A DNA stretch of 64,000 nt. Source: Octopus vulgaris (Eukaryota). The DNA is taken from the NCBI GenBank assembly GCA_951406725.2, contig OX597821.1:28892001-28956000 (forward strand). Direction: 5' to 3'. Position numbers and translations under genes: made by a program. Under the pieces are notes generated by a model. It did no database searches. It worked only from the letters and a program-made list of their open reading frames with translations, and was not told the origin of the DNA. This document shows, one piece after another, positions 27,141 through 41,325 of the stretch (position 1 is the stretch's first letter; each line of letters opens with the position of its first letter).

Positions 27141-27379
27141 TATATATATTTAATCCGGAAAAACAACCTGAGAAAGCAGAGAGTTGTATCAGCATGTACA
27201 AAGCATACATACGGTATATGGGCATGTGTATAGAGACTAGAAGAGTTTTGAGTTTGTTATATTAAAAGTATAAAAAGTAGTTAAACAAAGCGGTGTTTCC
27301 ATTATTTTATTCTACTCATACGTGTGTCTATATATATGTATACATAGGCAGAGCGTGAGAGAAAGAGCTCTTTCATGGA

Positions 27380-27772
27380 TGTCTCCTCAAAGAGAGTACC
27401 ATCGGCTAGAATTGCCTTTTAGGACGTCATGCAGCCATTCTCCAAGTTTTCCTGTAATAGAAAGGTCACGCAGCATGTGACCTCATCCCATGTTCAACTT
27501 TGTCAAAGGCCTCGGCAAAGTCGAGATATACTCACATTTGAGAGGTTCAACAGCTGTTTCAGTTACTGGTCTTAATGCTGTAGTTGTTGTGTGAGGTAGC
27601 TCTTCCATGTTTTGTGTTTCTGAACAAGTTATTTTCTTCTAGGAACTTGACCACCTTTTCTCTGACAATGCGTTCCATAGCCTTGCTAAAATATGAAATC
27701 AGAGAGATAGGCCTGTAAAATTTAGCATCCAATCTGATTCTTTCTTTATAAACAGGGTATATTGCAAATTCT
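27380..27772 (-). mobile_element. CR1-like LINE RT fragment
   Basis: [21 protein letters not shown]...FLEENNL followed by IYLDFAEAFDKVEHG. Confidence 0.85.
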
Positions 27773-27774
27773 TT

Positions 27775-28312
<538 letters not shown>

Positions 28313-29229
28313 TGACGGAATTCTGCTGTTTACTTCTACGAAATCCACTCACAAGGCACTAATCGACCTGGCGATATCTGCCTAATGTTACACGCCGTGT
28401 CCAGTAGAGCTGAACCCGCCATTTGACGGTTACAAAGTGAATTTTTTAACCACGTAGACATACATGGGCCCATTTGTTCACTATTTTTTAAGATAACTTT
28501 ACTTAACTTACATGCCCTCCTCTTTAGAAAGGCCAATAACATTTTATACAAGTAGAAAAACATGGAATAGAAAAGAAAAACATCGAATGGCCACAATTTC
28601 TAGATCGAAGTAACCTTCAACTCTTATAAGAAGTAAAAGAAAAACAACATAACAGTTACGTGCGAGGATTTTAAATTTATGAGATAGTCATTTCTCTCCT
28701 AGCTAAGCTGCTCAAACAGAAATCTAAGAGTGAATTCCAGTCAACCAATATAATTGCGTTTTTAATTGCTGTTGGTTATTTATATTCTTATTTTCTTCAT
28801 TTATGTATATATTTTTTGCAACACGCCATGGGTACACACGAAGCTTCACAGTGAAACGTGTTTGGCCATGAAGAAACGCTAGGCCAGTTACGTGGAAGGT
28901 AAATATTTTTCCTCGGCTTAGTTTTAGGGCATGACTTTAAATACACATAAACACACGTGCGTGAAACAGAAAGCGTAAACATGCAATGGAATGCACGCAC
29001 GCACGCACACAAATATGCAGACATGTATGATTGCATAATACATGCACATACGCGCACTATTCACACGCAGACAAACACACATGCACATGCAGAGAGTGGG
29101 AAAAAAATTGTGTACGAGTGCATACATACCTCGGAGAGGAAGAGAGAGAGAAAGAGAGGGAGAGAAAGAGAGAGAGAGAGAAAGTCATTGTGAGGAGGGG
29201 TCAGATACACAGATAGACGGACGGGGAGT

Positions 29230-29230
<1 letters not shown>

Positions 29231-29321
<91 letters not shown>

Positions 29322-29528
29322 TAGACAAACAGACAGATAGAGAGACAGGCACACACACACACACACACACACATACAGATAGATAGAGAGAGACACAGAC
29401 AGACAGTCCGACAGATAGATAGATAGATGGATAGATAGATAGATAGATAGATTGATAGATAGATAGATTGATAGATAGATAGATTGATAGATAGACAGAC
29501 AGATATACAGACAGATAGATAGATAGAC

Positions 29529-29594
<66 letters not shown>

Positions 29595-29692
29595 ATATAT
29601 ACATACATACATACATACATAGACTGACAGACAAACAGACAGACAGACAGATAGATATATAGATAGATAGGTATATAGATAGATAGATAGAT
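29231..29692. repeat. (GATA)n compound microsatellite
   Basis: Direct sequence. Confidence 0.97.
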
Positions 29693-30267
29693 ATTTCTCT
29701 TTATTAGCCACACAGGGCTGCACACAGATAGAACAAATTACAAGGTAGAGCTTTTCTTTTGAAGGTTTAAAAAAAAAAAAAAAAAGGAAGGGGGAGTTTC
29801 GATCAAAAGGGATCGTAAAAGGAGAGAAAGAGGACAAAAAAAGGGGGTTAAAAAAAAGGGGGAGAGGAAAAACATTGATCAATAGGGATCGTTATCACAG
29901 AAATGTCAATATGAAGTGTAAAGGGGAGGACAGGTGAGGTTTACCCGTGGAAAGAAAAGCCTACGGAAAAGACCACGGTAACCTCGGTCAATGAAGTCAC
30001 ATTTTATATTTCTTTTTTTTTTTTGCAAATAAGCAACTCTCTGTTTTCGATTTCTGGGTTCATAGGACTATGCTCAAGGTGGCTTCGTCATTCATACGTG
30101 CCATTCTTGCTACATTCACCCATCTTTTTTTAAAACATTCGCTAGACAAACCTTGCCTCTCTACTCTCACTTTCCTTTTCAAGTGGTACTTGAAGAAGTT
30201 GATGAGAGATTGACCAGAGAGGAAAGTGTTTGTCTCCAATCCTTTCAGACGCATCCACCAGATACAT
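29693..30267 (-). mobile_element. 5'-truncated L1/Tx1-like LINE (ORF2 C-terminus plus 3' UTR)
   Basis: CIWWMRLKGLETNTFLSGQSLINFFKYHLKRKVRVERQGLSSECFKKRW resembles the IW..R...F...W C-terminus of L1/Tx1 ORF2. The 3' UTR ends in AATAAA followed by (TATC)n. Confidence 0.7.
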
Positions 30268-30288
30268 AGATGAATAGATAGATAGATT

Positions 30289-30380
<92 letters not shown>

Positions 30381-30593
30381 TACCTCTCTCTTTTTGCTCC
30401 TCACTTCGTATTTCCAAATACATTCCACTTCCTTGCTTCCAGATATCAGTATTTATCCATTATATTCTTTCACTGTTCCTCTATCTCTTTCTTCACTTTC
30501 TTATGCTCTCAACTTTAATATGCTCCATCGTCTACCTATGCAAATATACGACAATTTTTCCAAGTACCTTACCTACTCTCCACATCTCTTCCC

Positions 30594-30650
<57 letters not shown>

Positions 30651-31772
30651 CTGCTTATTTCTTCTCTATCTCTCCATATACGTTATTACACAATTTGAGA
30701 ATGGGTATTTTCTACAGTGCATATATATATGGTTGGATCGTTACCCGTCGGGTTCGTCGAGGAAGTTTCAGATTTTTGTTCGATCAACCGAGTTACCTGT
30801 TCATTGAATTGTTTTCGAAGTGGCTGAACCATCCACAGACACCTTTTCTCCTAATATAATTCTCAATGAGAATCAGCTTGTCACTGTGCAATAACAAATG
30901 CCTAACTTTGAATTATCGATACAACCCATTCGATATGAGCTTTTAGAATGTTTCAGTCAGCATATTTCAGTCACGAGTTATGAATTGGTCCGAGATGACC
31001 GAAGATGACAATCGCTCAACATGCCACGCAGTAGTATCGCAGTAGTATCGAATCGGAATCAATCTCACAGACTACTTCCCTACCCTAGCCTTTGAAATTT
31101 GCTGGACCTGTGCCTATGTTAAGAGCAATCATTAAGGAGGCGGAATTAGCAGAATCGCTGGAGTACCAATAAAAATTCTTTTGCAGTTTTGCTCCAGTCT
31201 CTTTATGTTCGAAGTTCAAATTCTCCTGAAGACAACTTCACGTACCATTCCTTCGGGGCCGAGAAAATACCAGACTAATCCCCTTACACGAAAGGGAAAC
31301 ATTTGTCCTTGGGTAGCAACTGTTATTTCCTATTTGCTTACCCCTCGGAAGAACGATAATTGGCTAATATTTCCTCAAAGTTTACTTTTGTTGCACTTAT
31401 TAAATCCCCAAAGAATCATTCTCAACACGTGGTTGTGATGCTCCGCCACTACTCCTGCTTACAATCAGAGAGGCACATATTGTCAGCCACTAAGTGACAT
31501 GCTCAAGTTAAGGTCAAATAACTAAAAAGCAAATCTGTGGTATTGAGTACAATATTTGCTATAACGATATTTTTGCTCCAGTAAATCAGCGCTGAATCTA
31601 TTTATTTGAAATGTAATGTAAAATAGGTCAGTTTCAAAACACTGATTTCTAGGTCACAAAAGCAACGTTTGAAAGAAATAACAGTAATTTTCTTTGATTT
31701 CTAGAGAGAGGCAAATAGAAAATAACACTTACTGACCAAGCATGAAAATAAAAATCTTGTTCCACAGTGTAA

Positions 31773-32168
31773 TCTTTATATATAAAAGAGAGGTTGTGTG
31801 CTGTCTGTCTCCTACGATTTAGATTCCTAACTACTTCCACATTTTGCGGTGCAGTTTAACCAAAACCGGGTATCTTATAGTCGTGATTCATATCGAGCCC
31901 TTCTGGGTATTAGCGCGCGTCTACGATGAGTCTACGATTTAAAAAAGAATTTATCATCAATTTTTCCCATTTTAAATGCATTTTTGGCATATATAAGGGA
32001 AGTAACTCTCTAAAAATTTATTATTAAATCTCAGATCGTAAAAAGCTACAGTAACACCCCCCCTTTGTGGTTAGCCATATTGAGATGGCTATTATACTTT
32101 ACATCTCTAAAAATGCTTATATAGTTATTTCCCTTACAAACCCGAGCAACGCCGGGCGATACTGCTAG
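31773..32168 (+). mobile_element. Non-autonomous Helitron
   Basis: A|TC start, hairpin CCCGAGCAACGCCGGG at 32141-32156, CTAG|T end, no TSD. Confidence 0.85.
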
Positions 32169-32509
32169 TATAGAATAAACCCATCCTCATAATAATACTG
32201 TCGATGTGCCTAAATCAGGAGTCATTAACGGCAGCGAGCTGGCAGAATCGTTAAGGCGTTAAAAAGAACTTTTAGCAGCATCTGTTTGGTTTTTTTACGT
32301 TCTGACTTCAAATCGGCCCTGGGTCGGTTTTTTGGTATTCATCCTATTCGGCTCGATAAAATAAAGCACTAATTGAGCATTAGGGGTATTAGTTTCGACT
32401 GATTCCCTCGTCTTAGAATTCCTGGTCTTAACCTTAAATCTAAAACCATGGTATAATACTTATGCACAAGTCCTAGTTTTTATTTATTCGTTTCAACTTC
32501 CTGGAAGAT

Positions 32510-32925
32510 AGGCGCAGGAGTGGGTGTGTGGTAAGTAGATTGTTTTACCAGCCACATGGTTCCCAGTTCAGTCCCACTGCGTGGCATCTTGGGCAAGTGT
32601 CTTCTGCTATAGCCCTGGGCCGACCAATGCCTTGTGAGTGGATTTGGTAGACGGAAACTGAAAGAAGCCTGTCGTATATATGTATATATATATATACATG
32701 TGTGTGTGTGTTTGTGTGTCTGTGTTTGTCCCCCTAGCATTGCTTGACAACTGATGCTGGTGTGTTTACGTCCCCGTCACTTAGCGGTTCGGCAAAAGAG
32801 AACGATAGAATAAGTACTGGGCTTACAAAGAATAAGTCTCTGGGTCGATTTGCTCGACTAAAAGGCGGTGCTCCAGCATGGCCGCAGTCAAATGACTGAA
32901 ACAAGTAAAAGAGTAAAAAGAGAGA
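32510..32925 (+). mobile_element. SINE family C
   Basis: GGCGCAGGAGTGG..GTTCAGTCCC..GGCATCTTGGGCAAGTGTCTT, internal (TA)(TG) tract, GTAAAAGA tail. Confidence 0.9.
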
Positions 32926-33550
32926 GAGTATACCAAAACAAGTAAAAGTTGTCCATGTCAAAATCTGAACTGAGAACGTAAAGATACATAACTAAATACT
33001 GCCTGGAATTAAATCAAGTATTCAATCTTAGCTGTTATCTCTCATTTAACGACATCACATGCAAGCAAAGGGGATTGAATATTAGACTGCGTTGAGCTAA
33101 TCAACGAAGAGTTAGACGGGAAGGAATAAGTGACACGGTCTCGAACGAAACGTGTAATTTGGTAAACCCATCAGATTTAGCAGTTCACATCGCAATTCTT
33201 GAAATTAAGAACAAATGTTTCCCTATCGTGTAAGGGGATTAGCCGCTACTGGTTTGCTTCAGGTTTTAGTCAGCTAAATAAATAAACGAAACGGAAAGAA
33301 AGGAAAAGAAATACAGAAAGGGCGAAAACAAGAAAGAGAGAAAAAAACTACTAAAGAAATACAGGGAAGATAAAGAGAGGAAAATTATCCCATACGTGTA
33401 TAAAATGCATGTATTAAATAACGATAATATGTGTATAGGCGGATGTGTATGTTTGTTTCTATGTGTACATATATATATATATACATGTATATCAGAGTAA
33501 GGGAGGAACAATAATATTCGAATACCGGTGGTAGAGTAATAGGCCTTATT

Positions 33551-33596
33551 AAAACTGTCCGACGAACGGGAGCGTGAAACACTGAGTAACTGTTTT
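33551..33596 (+). ncRNA. Degenerate minimal type I hammerhead
   Basis: AAAACTGT-CCGACGA-ACG(GGAG)CGT-GAAAC-ACTGA-GTA-ACTGTTTT, with a U-to-C change in the core. Confidence 0.4.
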
Positions 33597-33738
33597 TGTG
33601 ATGTCTTTGCAGCTTTATGAAGAAAGCATATATGTGTATGTTTGTATGTATGTATGTATGTTTGTATGTATGTATGTATGTATGTATGTATGTATGTATG
33701 TATGTATATATGCATATATATGTATGTATGTATATATA

Positions 33739-35011
33739 CGAGGGCCGTTCAATAAGTAATGCCCCTGACCTACTTCCCATAGCAGTAGAGCAACGAAACT
33801 TGGCACATTTATTAGTCTTGTTCTACATAGGAACCACCCAGAGTTACGCATTTCACCCATCGTTTGATGCGGCTCTGGAGACCGTTTTTGTAGAAGACCC
33901 CAGCTTGGTCCTACAACCACGACGTGACTTCAGAAATCAAGGCTGCATCATCTGGGAAACGCTTTCCTTTCAAAAACAACTTTATGGCTGGGAAGAGGTG
34001 AATATCAGAGGGTGCAAGGTCAGGAGAGTAGGGGGGGATGGGGGAGGAGTTCATAGCCGCACGCTTGTGCTTCTGATCTGGCGACACGCGAGTTGTGGAG
34101 CGGAGCGTTGTCCTGCAAGAGGAGGATGCCTTTGCTGATCTTGCCCGCCTCTTGATTTTGATAGCTTCTCTTAATTTCCTCAAAAATGAAGCATAATAGG
34201 CTCCTGTAATTGTGGTACCCTTTGCCAGGAAATCTGTCATCACTACTCCGTCCTGGTCCCAGAATACTGTGGAGGGCTGTACCCTTGCCTTCTTTGGAGG
34301 AGGTGAGTCACGGTGCTTCCACTGCATTGACTGGGCTTTGGTCTCTGGATCATAGTGATAGACCCAGGTTTTGTCCTGTGTAATCAATCTTTTGAAAAAA
34401 TTTGACTCATCTTCTTGGCACATCTCCAAATTCATCCTCGAGCACTTGACGCGTTCTTGCTTCTGGAAAGGCGTGAGTAACCTGGGAATCCATCTGGCAG
34501 ACACCCTTTGCATATGCAAATGGTCATGAATGATAGTTTTCACAGACTCGGTACTAATCTTGACCTCATGGGCTATTTGGCGAATAGTTATGCGTCGATT
34601 TTCCAAAATCGCAGCCTCAACTTGACGAGCAGATGCCTCATCAATGGCAGAAGGGGCGACCAGATCTGAGTGCTGTTTCCGCAGAGTTCCGACCATGTTT
34701 GAATTCACGATACCAGCGTTTTACAAGGTCATATGATGAGGCATCATCACCATAAGTTACTTTTATTTCATCAAAAGTCTCCCGTGGTGTGCGTCCTTTC
34801 AAATACAAAAACCAGATCACTGCTCGGCATTCAACAGGCTCCATTTCACACTTGACTCAGTTCAAACACCTGTAAATCAGAAACCACAATTAGTTCAGAG
34901 CTGTAATTTGCCACTTAAACTGTAGACATATAAATAATTGCACATGCAAATTTTCAGCTAGATCAAACAACTGCAAGTGGGTCAGAGGCATTACTTATTG
35001 AACGTCCCTCG
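33739..35011 (-). mobile_element. Full-length mariner transposon (irritans/Hsmar2-like TIR), TA TSD
   Basis: TIRs CGAGGGCCGTTCAATAAGTAATGCCCCTGACC and GGTCAGAGGCATTACTTATTGAACGTCCCTCG, with TA on both sides; ~1.27 kb. Confidence 0.96.
33812..34844 (-). pseudogene. Frameshifted mariner DD34D transposase
   Basis: MEPVECRAVI.., RSGRP, WIPRLL, ITQDKTW, YSPDLAPSD. Split over several frames, with an internal deletion before TVFWD and a premature stop. Confidence 0.93.
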
Positions 35012-35076
35012 TACGTGTGAGTGGACAAACGAGTAAGCACGGAACTTACATCAAGCTGTTCTGATCTATATAAGTA

Positions 35077-35160
<84 letters not shown>

Positions 35161-35643
35161 CGCTCGTTAAGTCCCGTCAGGGGCTCGAAACATGCAAGGA
35201 ATTTGAATCAAACTGTTTGATCCATACATGTAACTATTAATATGTGTTGAGTGCCTTTCTTTCCTTTGCCCACTCACACGTATATTGAAGTAATTTTACT
35301 ACTACTACTATTATATTTTTGTATTACATTTCTTAAATATAGTCACGAAACACGTGTCGTTATTCTACCAAATATATCCGTTTTATTTCTTATTTTACAT
35401 ATTACTTAATCATCGTAATATGTTTTATCTTATATTTAATCTTTCTATATGTAATTTTCTTCATGGTATAATTTAATTTTTCATTATTGAATTGATAAAA
35501 GGTGTTTTTTTTCTAATTTATATATATATATATATATAATAATTTTGTTACATATTTAAGTAATATAAATTAATCATATGTATTGGCTTAAGTTTTTCAT
35601 TGTTTGATTTGCCTAATAGTGGTTTTGTCTCCAATTTAATATA

Positions 35644-35676
<33 letters not shown>

Positions 35677-36393
35677 AACACAAACACTTGTAAACACCTA
35701 TTAGCTTACAAACATGAAGTCATTAAAGTGCAAAAATTATCAGAGGAGCCATTTCTGTTTTTTTTTTCGTGAGTGTGTGTGTGTGCTTGTGTGTGTGTAC
35801 ATGTATGTATGCATCTATGTATGAATGTATGTATGCATGCATGTATGTATGTACGGTAACATGTAACCCAGTACAACCTGTTGCATGGTCGGGCCGTCGG
35901 TGACTAAACTGGCAACCCCACCAAGCTTGCTCGGTGAGGAGGATGTTTATTGGACATCCTGCAGGATGGAAAACAAAACCCGTCAAAGTAAAGCGCTCCT
36001 CGTTGTTGTCACAGTAGCCTTGTAGGAGTTGGACATTGGTGTAAGGTCCGCAGTTTTCCATGCTTACTGGTCACTCACTTCGGAATCTCACTCTGTACTA
36101 ATCACGGAAATTTAGTGAGTGGTAATAGTTTTGTACACGCATCTATCACTACTGAAAGTCCTGTGCCATAGTGAATGTGACGCATTGAGTAAATCCAACC
36201 GTTTGGAGAGCAGAGTAAATTTTGTCAGTTACTAATGCTTCAAACTATGTAGATCTTTAACGAGAGTGAGCAGTCATCGAAAGGTCATGGATGGAAAGTC
36301 AGGAATATTAAAGACAATGAAGGAATACGAAGAGACAACAATCATGTGGGAAGATGGTGCAATCACCAGACCAGCTACTATATATTCCTGTGA

Positions 36394-36711
36394 ATGTGAA
36401 GGCACATGGCCTAGTGGTTAGAGCAGCGGACTCGCGGTTGAAGGATCGCGGGTTCTAATCTCAGACCGAGCGATGTGTGTGTTTATGACCGAAACCCCTA
36501 AGCTCCACGCGGCTCCGGCAGAAGGTAATAGCGAAACCTCTGCTGACTCTTTCGCCACACCTTTCTCTCACTCTTTCCTCCCGCATCTTGCAGCTCACTT
36601 GCGACGGACCGGCGTCCCGTCCAGGTGGGGAGCCTATACGCCAAGAAACCGGGAAACCGGCCCTTATGAGCCAGGCATGGCTCGAGAAGGAACAACAACA
36701 AAAAAACAACA
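36394..36711 (+). mobile_element. tRNA-derived SINE, 12-bp TSD
   Basis: A and B boxes, V-like GACCGGCGTCCCGTCCAGG module, (AAC) tail. TSD ATATTCCTGTGA at 36382-36393 and 36712-36723. Confidence 0.9.
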
Positions 36712-38172
36712 ATATTCCTGTGAGATTCGAAATCATTATTCTTATGTTATCCCTCGTGTGTTCTCTCCTAAATTTCTGTTCCTACAAAATCGATTTGCAG
36801 TAAATATAAACTCTATATATTCAAGTAGAACTTCAAAATGCCTGCTATAGAAAAAAGTTTGACCTGGAGACAGGGCAGACATTGGGCTTCCTTTCATACT
36901 TTTGAATGGACAGTGTTGCTGTTGTTTTTGCTGCTGTTTTCTTGTATACGGTTTTGTTGTTCCTGTTGTTGTTTGTGGGATATTTTGATCTGATGATCTG
37001 TTACAATCTACTTTGTTTGTTAGCGACGACGCCCAAGCATTCGTGTGTGGTTTGCGGGTGAGCAGGTCTTCATTTGCAATATTTGCAACCGGTTAATCAA
37101 AGTTGATTTATACAATCTTGTAAATAATAAAAAAAAGAATACCTGTAAAAATAGAATGAAATTAAATTAAACGTAATGTGTGTTACCTTGCTGTGTGAGC
37201 AGAAGACAATTCTATAGCCTCTCCGAAGACTTTTGTTCTCTTTATTAAACTGATTTTTACCAAAGCACATCACCATTAGTCTCCTCAAATTCTGGTATTT
37301 AGCTCTAACACAATTATCACTTTGTCAATCTTGATGACTTCAGCAAATACCAGTCATTATTATTGCTGGGTTTTTTTTTCTTTATAAAGTTTCTGGCTTT
37401 TTTTTTAACATTGTTGTTTTTCTGTTGTTTTCTTTTTTTCTTCTTCAACCAAACAAAAGTTGTATTTGTCTTCGTTTTTTTTTTTATTGCCCGTGATTGT
37501 AAATTACCACTGTATGGATTTGTTGATTGTATCTTGAAAGAACAAATTTGTATAAACAACGCGTTTGTACTCTGCTTCAATTTTATGTTAATTGGAAGCA
37601 GTTGCATTATGGGAAGCTAATTTTAAACATGTGTTACCTGTTCGTCTGCTATAATTTCCATTTCTTCCATTATCTCTTGTTTCATCGTTACTGTTGTGTA
37701 AAACAACTTCGTGTGAGTAACCAGCGTCGAGGTGACCATTGTCTTTGGCAAAGCACACGTATTTAGCTTGTTTCAAAGCACCATTATATATTTTTTTCTT
37801 ATATTATCTACATCCAAGCCTGTGGATTGGGCAGTAGAAATTACACGGCAGAAAATTCGTTGATTTCTTCAGATGCATGTAATTCAATTACGAAAAGTAG
37901 CTTTCACAGAAATTGCATTCATCTAACTCACCTTGTGAAAACATACACTAATATATATTCGGTAAAACTGTTATAGTAAAACATTTGTTAAGTGTAAATA
38001 TATTTTTATTTTTTACTTTCATATATAGGAATACAAGTAAAAAGCCATTCACCAATTTTGTCTAAATGTAAAACTTATTTTATTTAAACTAAAGATATAT
38101 GTATTAACATTTAACACATTTCTATCCTTTCTCATTATTTCTTATATATATGTATATCTATCTATCTGTTTG

Positions 38173-38239
<67 letters not shown>

Positions 38240-38583
38240 CGCTCTATCTATCTATCTATTTATGCATACATACATACATACATTCACTGTAGTCGTGTCT
38301 CGCCTTTGCCTTCGAAACGCGGAGTAGACGAAACGGAGGCAGCTGAAGAAGGGGATTTTTCCTTGCGTTGTATGTCTTGTACCCTGTTTTTTTCATTGTT
38401 TAAAAAGATGTCCGTTTCCATGGTTCTGTTTTTATGTTTTCGTTTCTCATTGTGTTCGACGTTTTTTCTTTTTTGGTGTCCTGTACCTATATATGCATGA
38501 ATATATATACATATAGATGTAGGTACGTACATATATGTATGTATATATGCATATGTTGTATTTATTATTTTGTTATTACATAT

Positions 38584-38637
<54 letters not shown>

Positions 38638-39377
38638 TTACATTTCTTTTTAATTGTTATCTCATAACTTTGTGGGAGCAACAATACCCGAGGTGCCACT
38701 TGTATTTGGTGTGGTAAATGGATTTCGCCAAAATCCTATAACTCTGCTTTACTTACTTTTTTTCTTGCTATTATCTGCATCCTAGGTTTTATCGGTGTAC
38801 AATAATGTAGAATCTCCACATTTCTTAAAGATGTCACCTTATGTCTAGCTTCGAAAAAATAATTCTTATCATAGGGACGAGCGTAAAAAGGAAATTAGGG
38901 GTCGGCTGGCAGAAATGTTTTAATGCATTTTGCAGTTCATTTTTCGTTCTGAGTTTACATCTCTCCGCATCCACTTTGCTTTTTGCATTTCCAGTTGCTA
39001 TAAAAATTGGTAATAAAGTCAATTAAATTCCCATTTCCTTTCCTTAGAATATAAAACTGAAAGTCAGAAAGAAAGAATGAAGCAGTGAAAATGGGTCTGC
39101 ATTGTTATATCTTGTGATATCTTCTTGTATACTGATTTTTTTTTTTATCGGTAGTACCTTACTTTCCAAACCATTGAAACATGATACCCTTACTTCGAGA
39201 CGTTGAACAATAACGCCCGATTTTGTTTCGGTTCAGAAGAATTACCGGAAGAAATTATAAAACACAAAGCAATTGCTTTTCATTTAAACACAATTTGTGC
39301 AAAGTTTGTTCCCGGGATGTTCAGTGACGTACATCCTGATAACGAACTACTTGATTGAGATAGTACTAAGTTTCATC

Positions 39378-39766
39378 AGTGGAGGCGCAATGGCCCAGTG
39401 GTTAGGGCAGCGGACTCGCGGTCGTAGGATCGCGGTTTCGATTCCCAGACCGGGCGTTGTGAGTGTTTATTGAGCGAAAACACCTAAAGCTCCACAAGGC
39501 TCCGGCAGGGGATGGTGGTGATCCCTGCTGTACTCTTTCACCACAACTTTCTCTCACTCTTACTTCCTGTTTCTGTTGTACCTTGTATTTCAAAGGGCCA
39601 GCCTTGTCACTCTCTGTGTCACGCTGAATATCCCCGAGAACTACGTTAAGGGTACACGTGTCTGTGGAGTGCACAGCCACTTACACGTTAATTTCACGAG
39701 CAGGCTGTTCCGTTGATCGGATCAACCGGAACCCTCATCGTCGTAACCGACGAAGTGCTTCCATCC
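39378..39766 (+). mobile_element. SINE with family D head, 13-bp TSD
   Basis: TSD ACTAAGTTTCATC at 39365-39377 and 39767-39779. Confidence 0.9.
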
Positions 39767-41104
39767 ACTAAGTTTCATCGGTCCTGGGGCGAGCGAAAGG
39801 TAAATTTGACCTCAGAACTGACAGAAATACTGCACAGCATTGCTACGACCTATTAACGATTCTGCCAGCTAGCCACTTTAAGTATTCCTAAATTTGGCAC
39901 AAGGCCAGCAATTCTGAGGGAAGTGGGAATCGGATTACATCGACACCAATGCTGAAATGGTACTAATTTTCTCGATTCTGAGAACACGAAAGGCGTCGCC
40001 AACCTCAGCAAAATTTGAACTCAAAACATGATGAACTGAGAGATATAAGAATTTTCTCCGACGGTCAAAAATGCAATAATGAAAAATATGTATATTCATA
40101 AAAGGTAAATGGCAAAAGAGAAAAAAATTTACTTAGGTCAAACAATGAGCTTGAGAACGAGAAGAGATTATGAATGATGCTTAACATCTACAAACTAAGA
40201 GTGAAAGAGAACTAACATCATTAGGAAAATGGTCGTAGAATGCTAAGTTTTATTGAAGACTAGCAGTTTAGCCCGGCGTTGCTCGAGATTAAGTTAGGAT
40301 TATTAAACTAATCAAGAGCTTTGTTTCAAACCAAACTAAGTTACACCGACGTCAAATTTGAACGAAACCCATTGTAATTGGTAAACGTTTGCCTGAAAAT
40401 GGGTTGCAGACAATGTGAGTGGGAAATCCCATGAGGAATAGTTATATCGATTTTTCCACTCACCGATTGTTTTTTTGGTTTTTTTCGGAGACCTTAAAGC
40501 ATTCAAAGACCCCATGAGCCATAAGTAATGCCGGCATCAAGTTTGAACACAATACGTCAACATTGGTAAAAGCTGTGGTTGAGAATAGGGTGTAGCCAAT
40601 TTTAGTGGGAAATCCTATAAGGAATTGGTTTATCGATTTTTCATCCTGATTGAATGCAAAACCCCATAACGAATCAGTTTATTGATTTTTCACCCCAAAT
40701 AGGACTTCAATGAACACAACATTGCTGATTCAAAAAATCTATATTTATACTTTAAAGTTAGTTTTCACACCCAACCCAGTTCTGCAGAATCAGTGTCACG
40801 ATGGGAACGCTTGGGTTGAGAGTTTGACCGGCAGAAGTGATCAGGTTGCACATGCCGGCCCTTTCGAAACCCCCTCCCCATCATCTAACCCTCCTTGTCC
40901 CACGGGTTGGGAACCCTTCCGGCAAGGAAAATAGAACGCCCAAAAGGGTTCCCAATCCTCTGTGTCAGAAGAGGTCATGTTCGGATCACAACTAAGCCTT
41001 AACTTAAGCCTACGCTAACCTAGCGAAAGGGGCTCTGGAGCCTCTAAAAGGCAGCGACTAATCCCGATCTAGTCCTAACCCCTCCTAGGGGTATAATCGG
41101 TTAA

Positions 41105-41325
41105 GGCTGCATCGAAGATATGCATTGGAGAAGGTTGCATCGAAGATATGCATTGGAGAAGGTTGCATCGAAGGTTTGCACTGGATAAGGATGCGTCGAA
41201 GGTTTACATTGGAGATCCGCAATGAATAAGGTTGACTCAAAGATTTGGATTGGATAAGGTTGCATGAGAGATCCGCATTGGAGAAGGTGGATTCGAAGGT
41301 TTGCTTGGGGATCTGGATTGGAGTA
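41105..41325. repeat. ~28-bp minisatellite inside the Helitron
   Basis: About 8 diverging copies of GGTTGCATCGAAGATATGCATTGGAGAA. Confidence 0.85.

Noticed and set aside
35870-36350. Possible RTE LINE 5' end with an HDV-like ribozyme
   Set aside because: I could not assemble the double pseudoknot by eye, and the protein signal is too weak.
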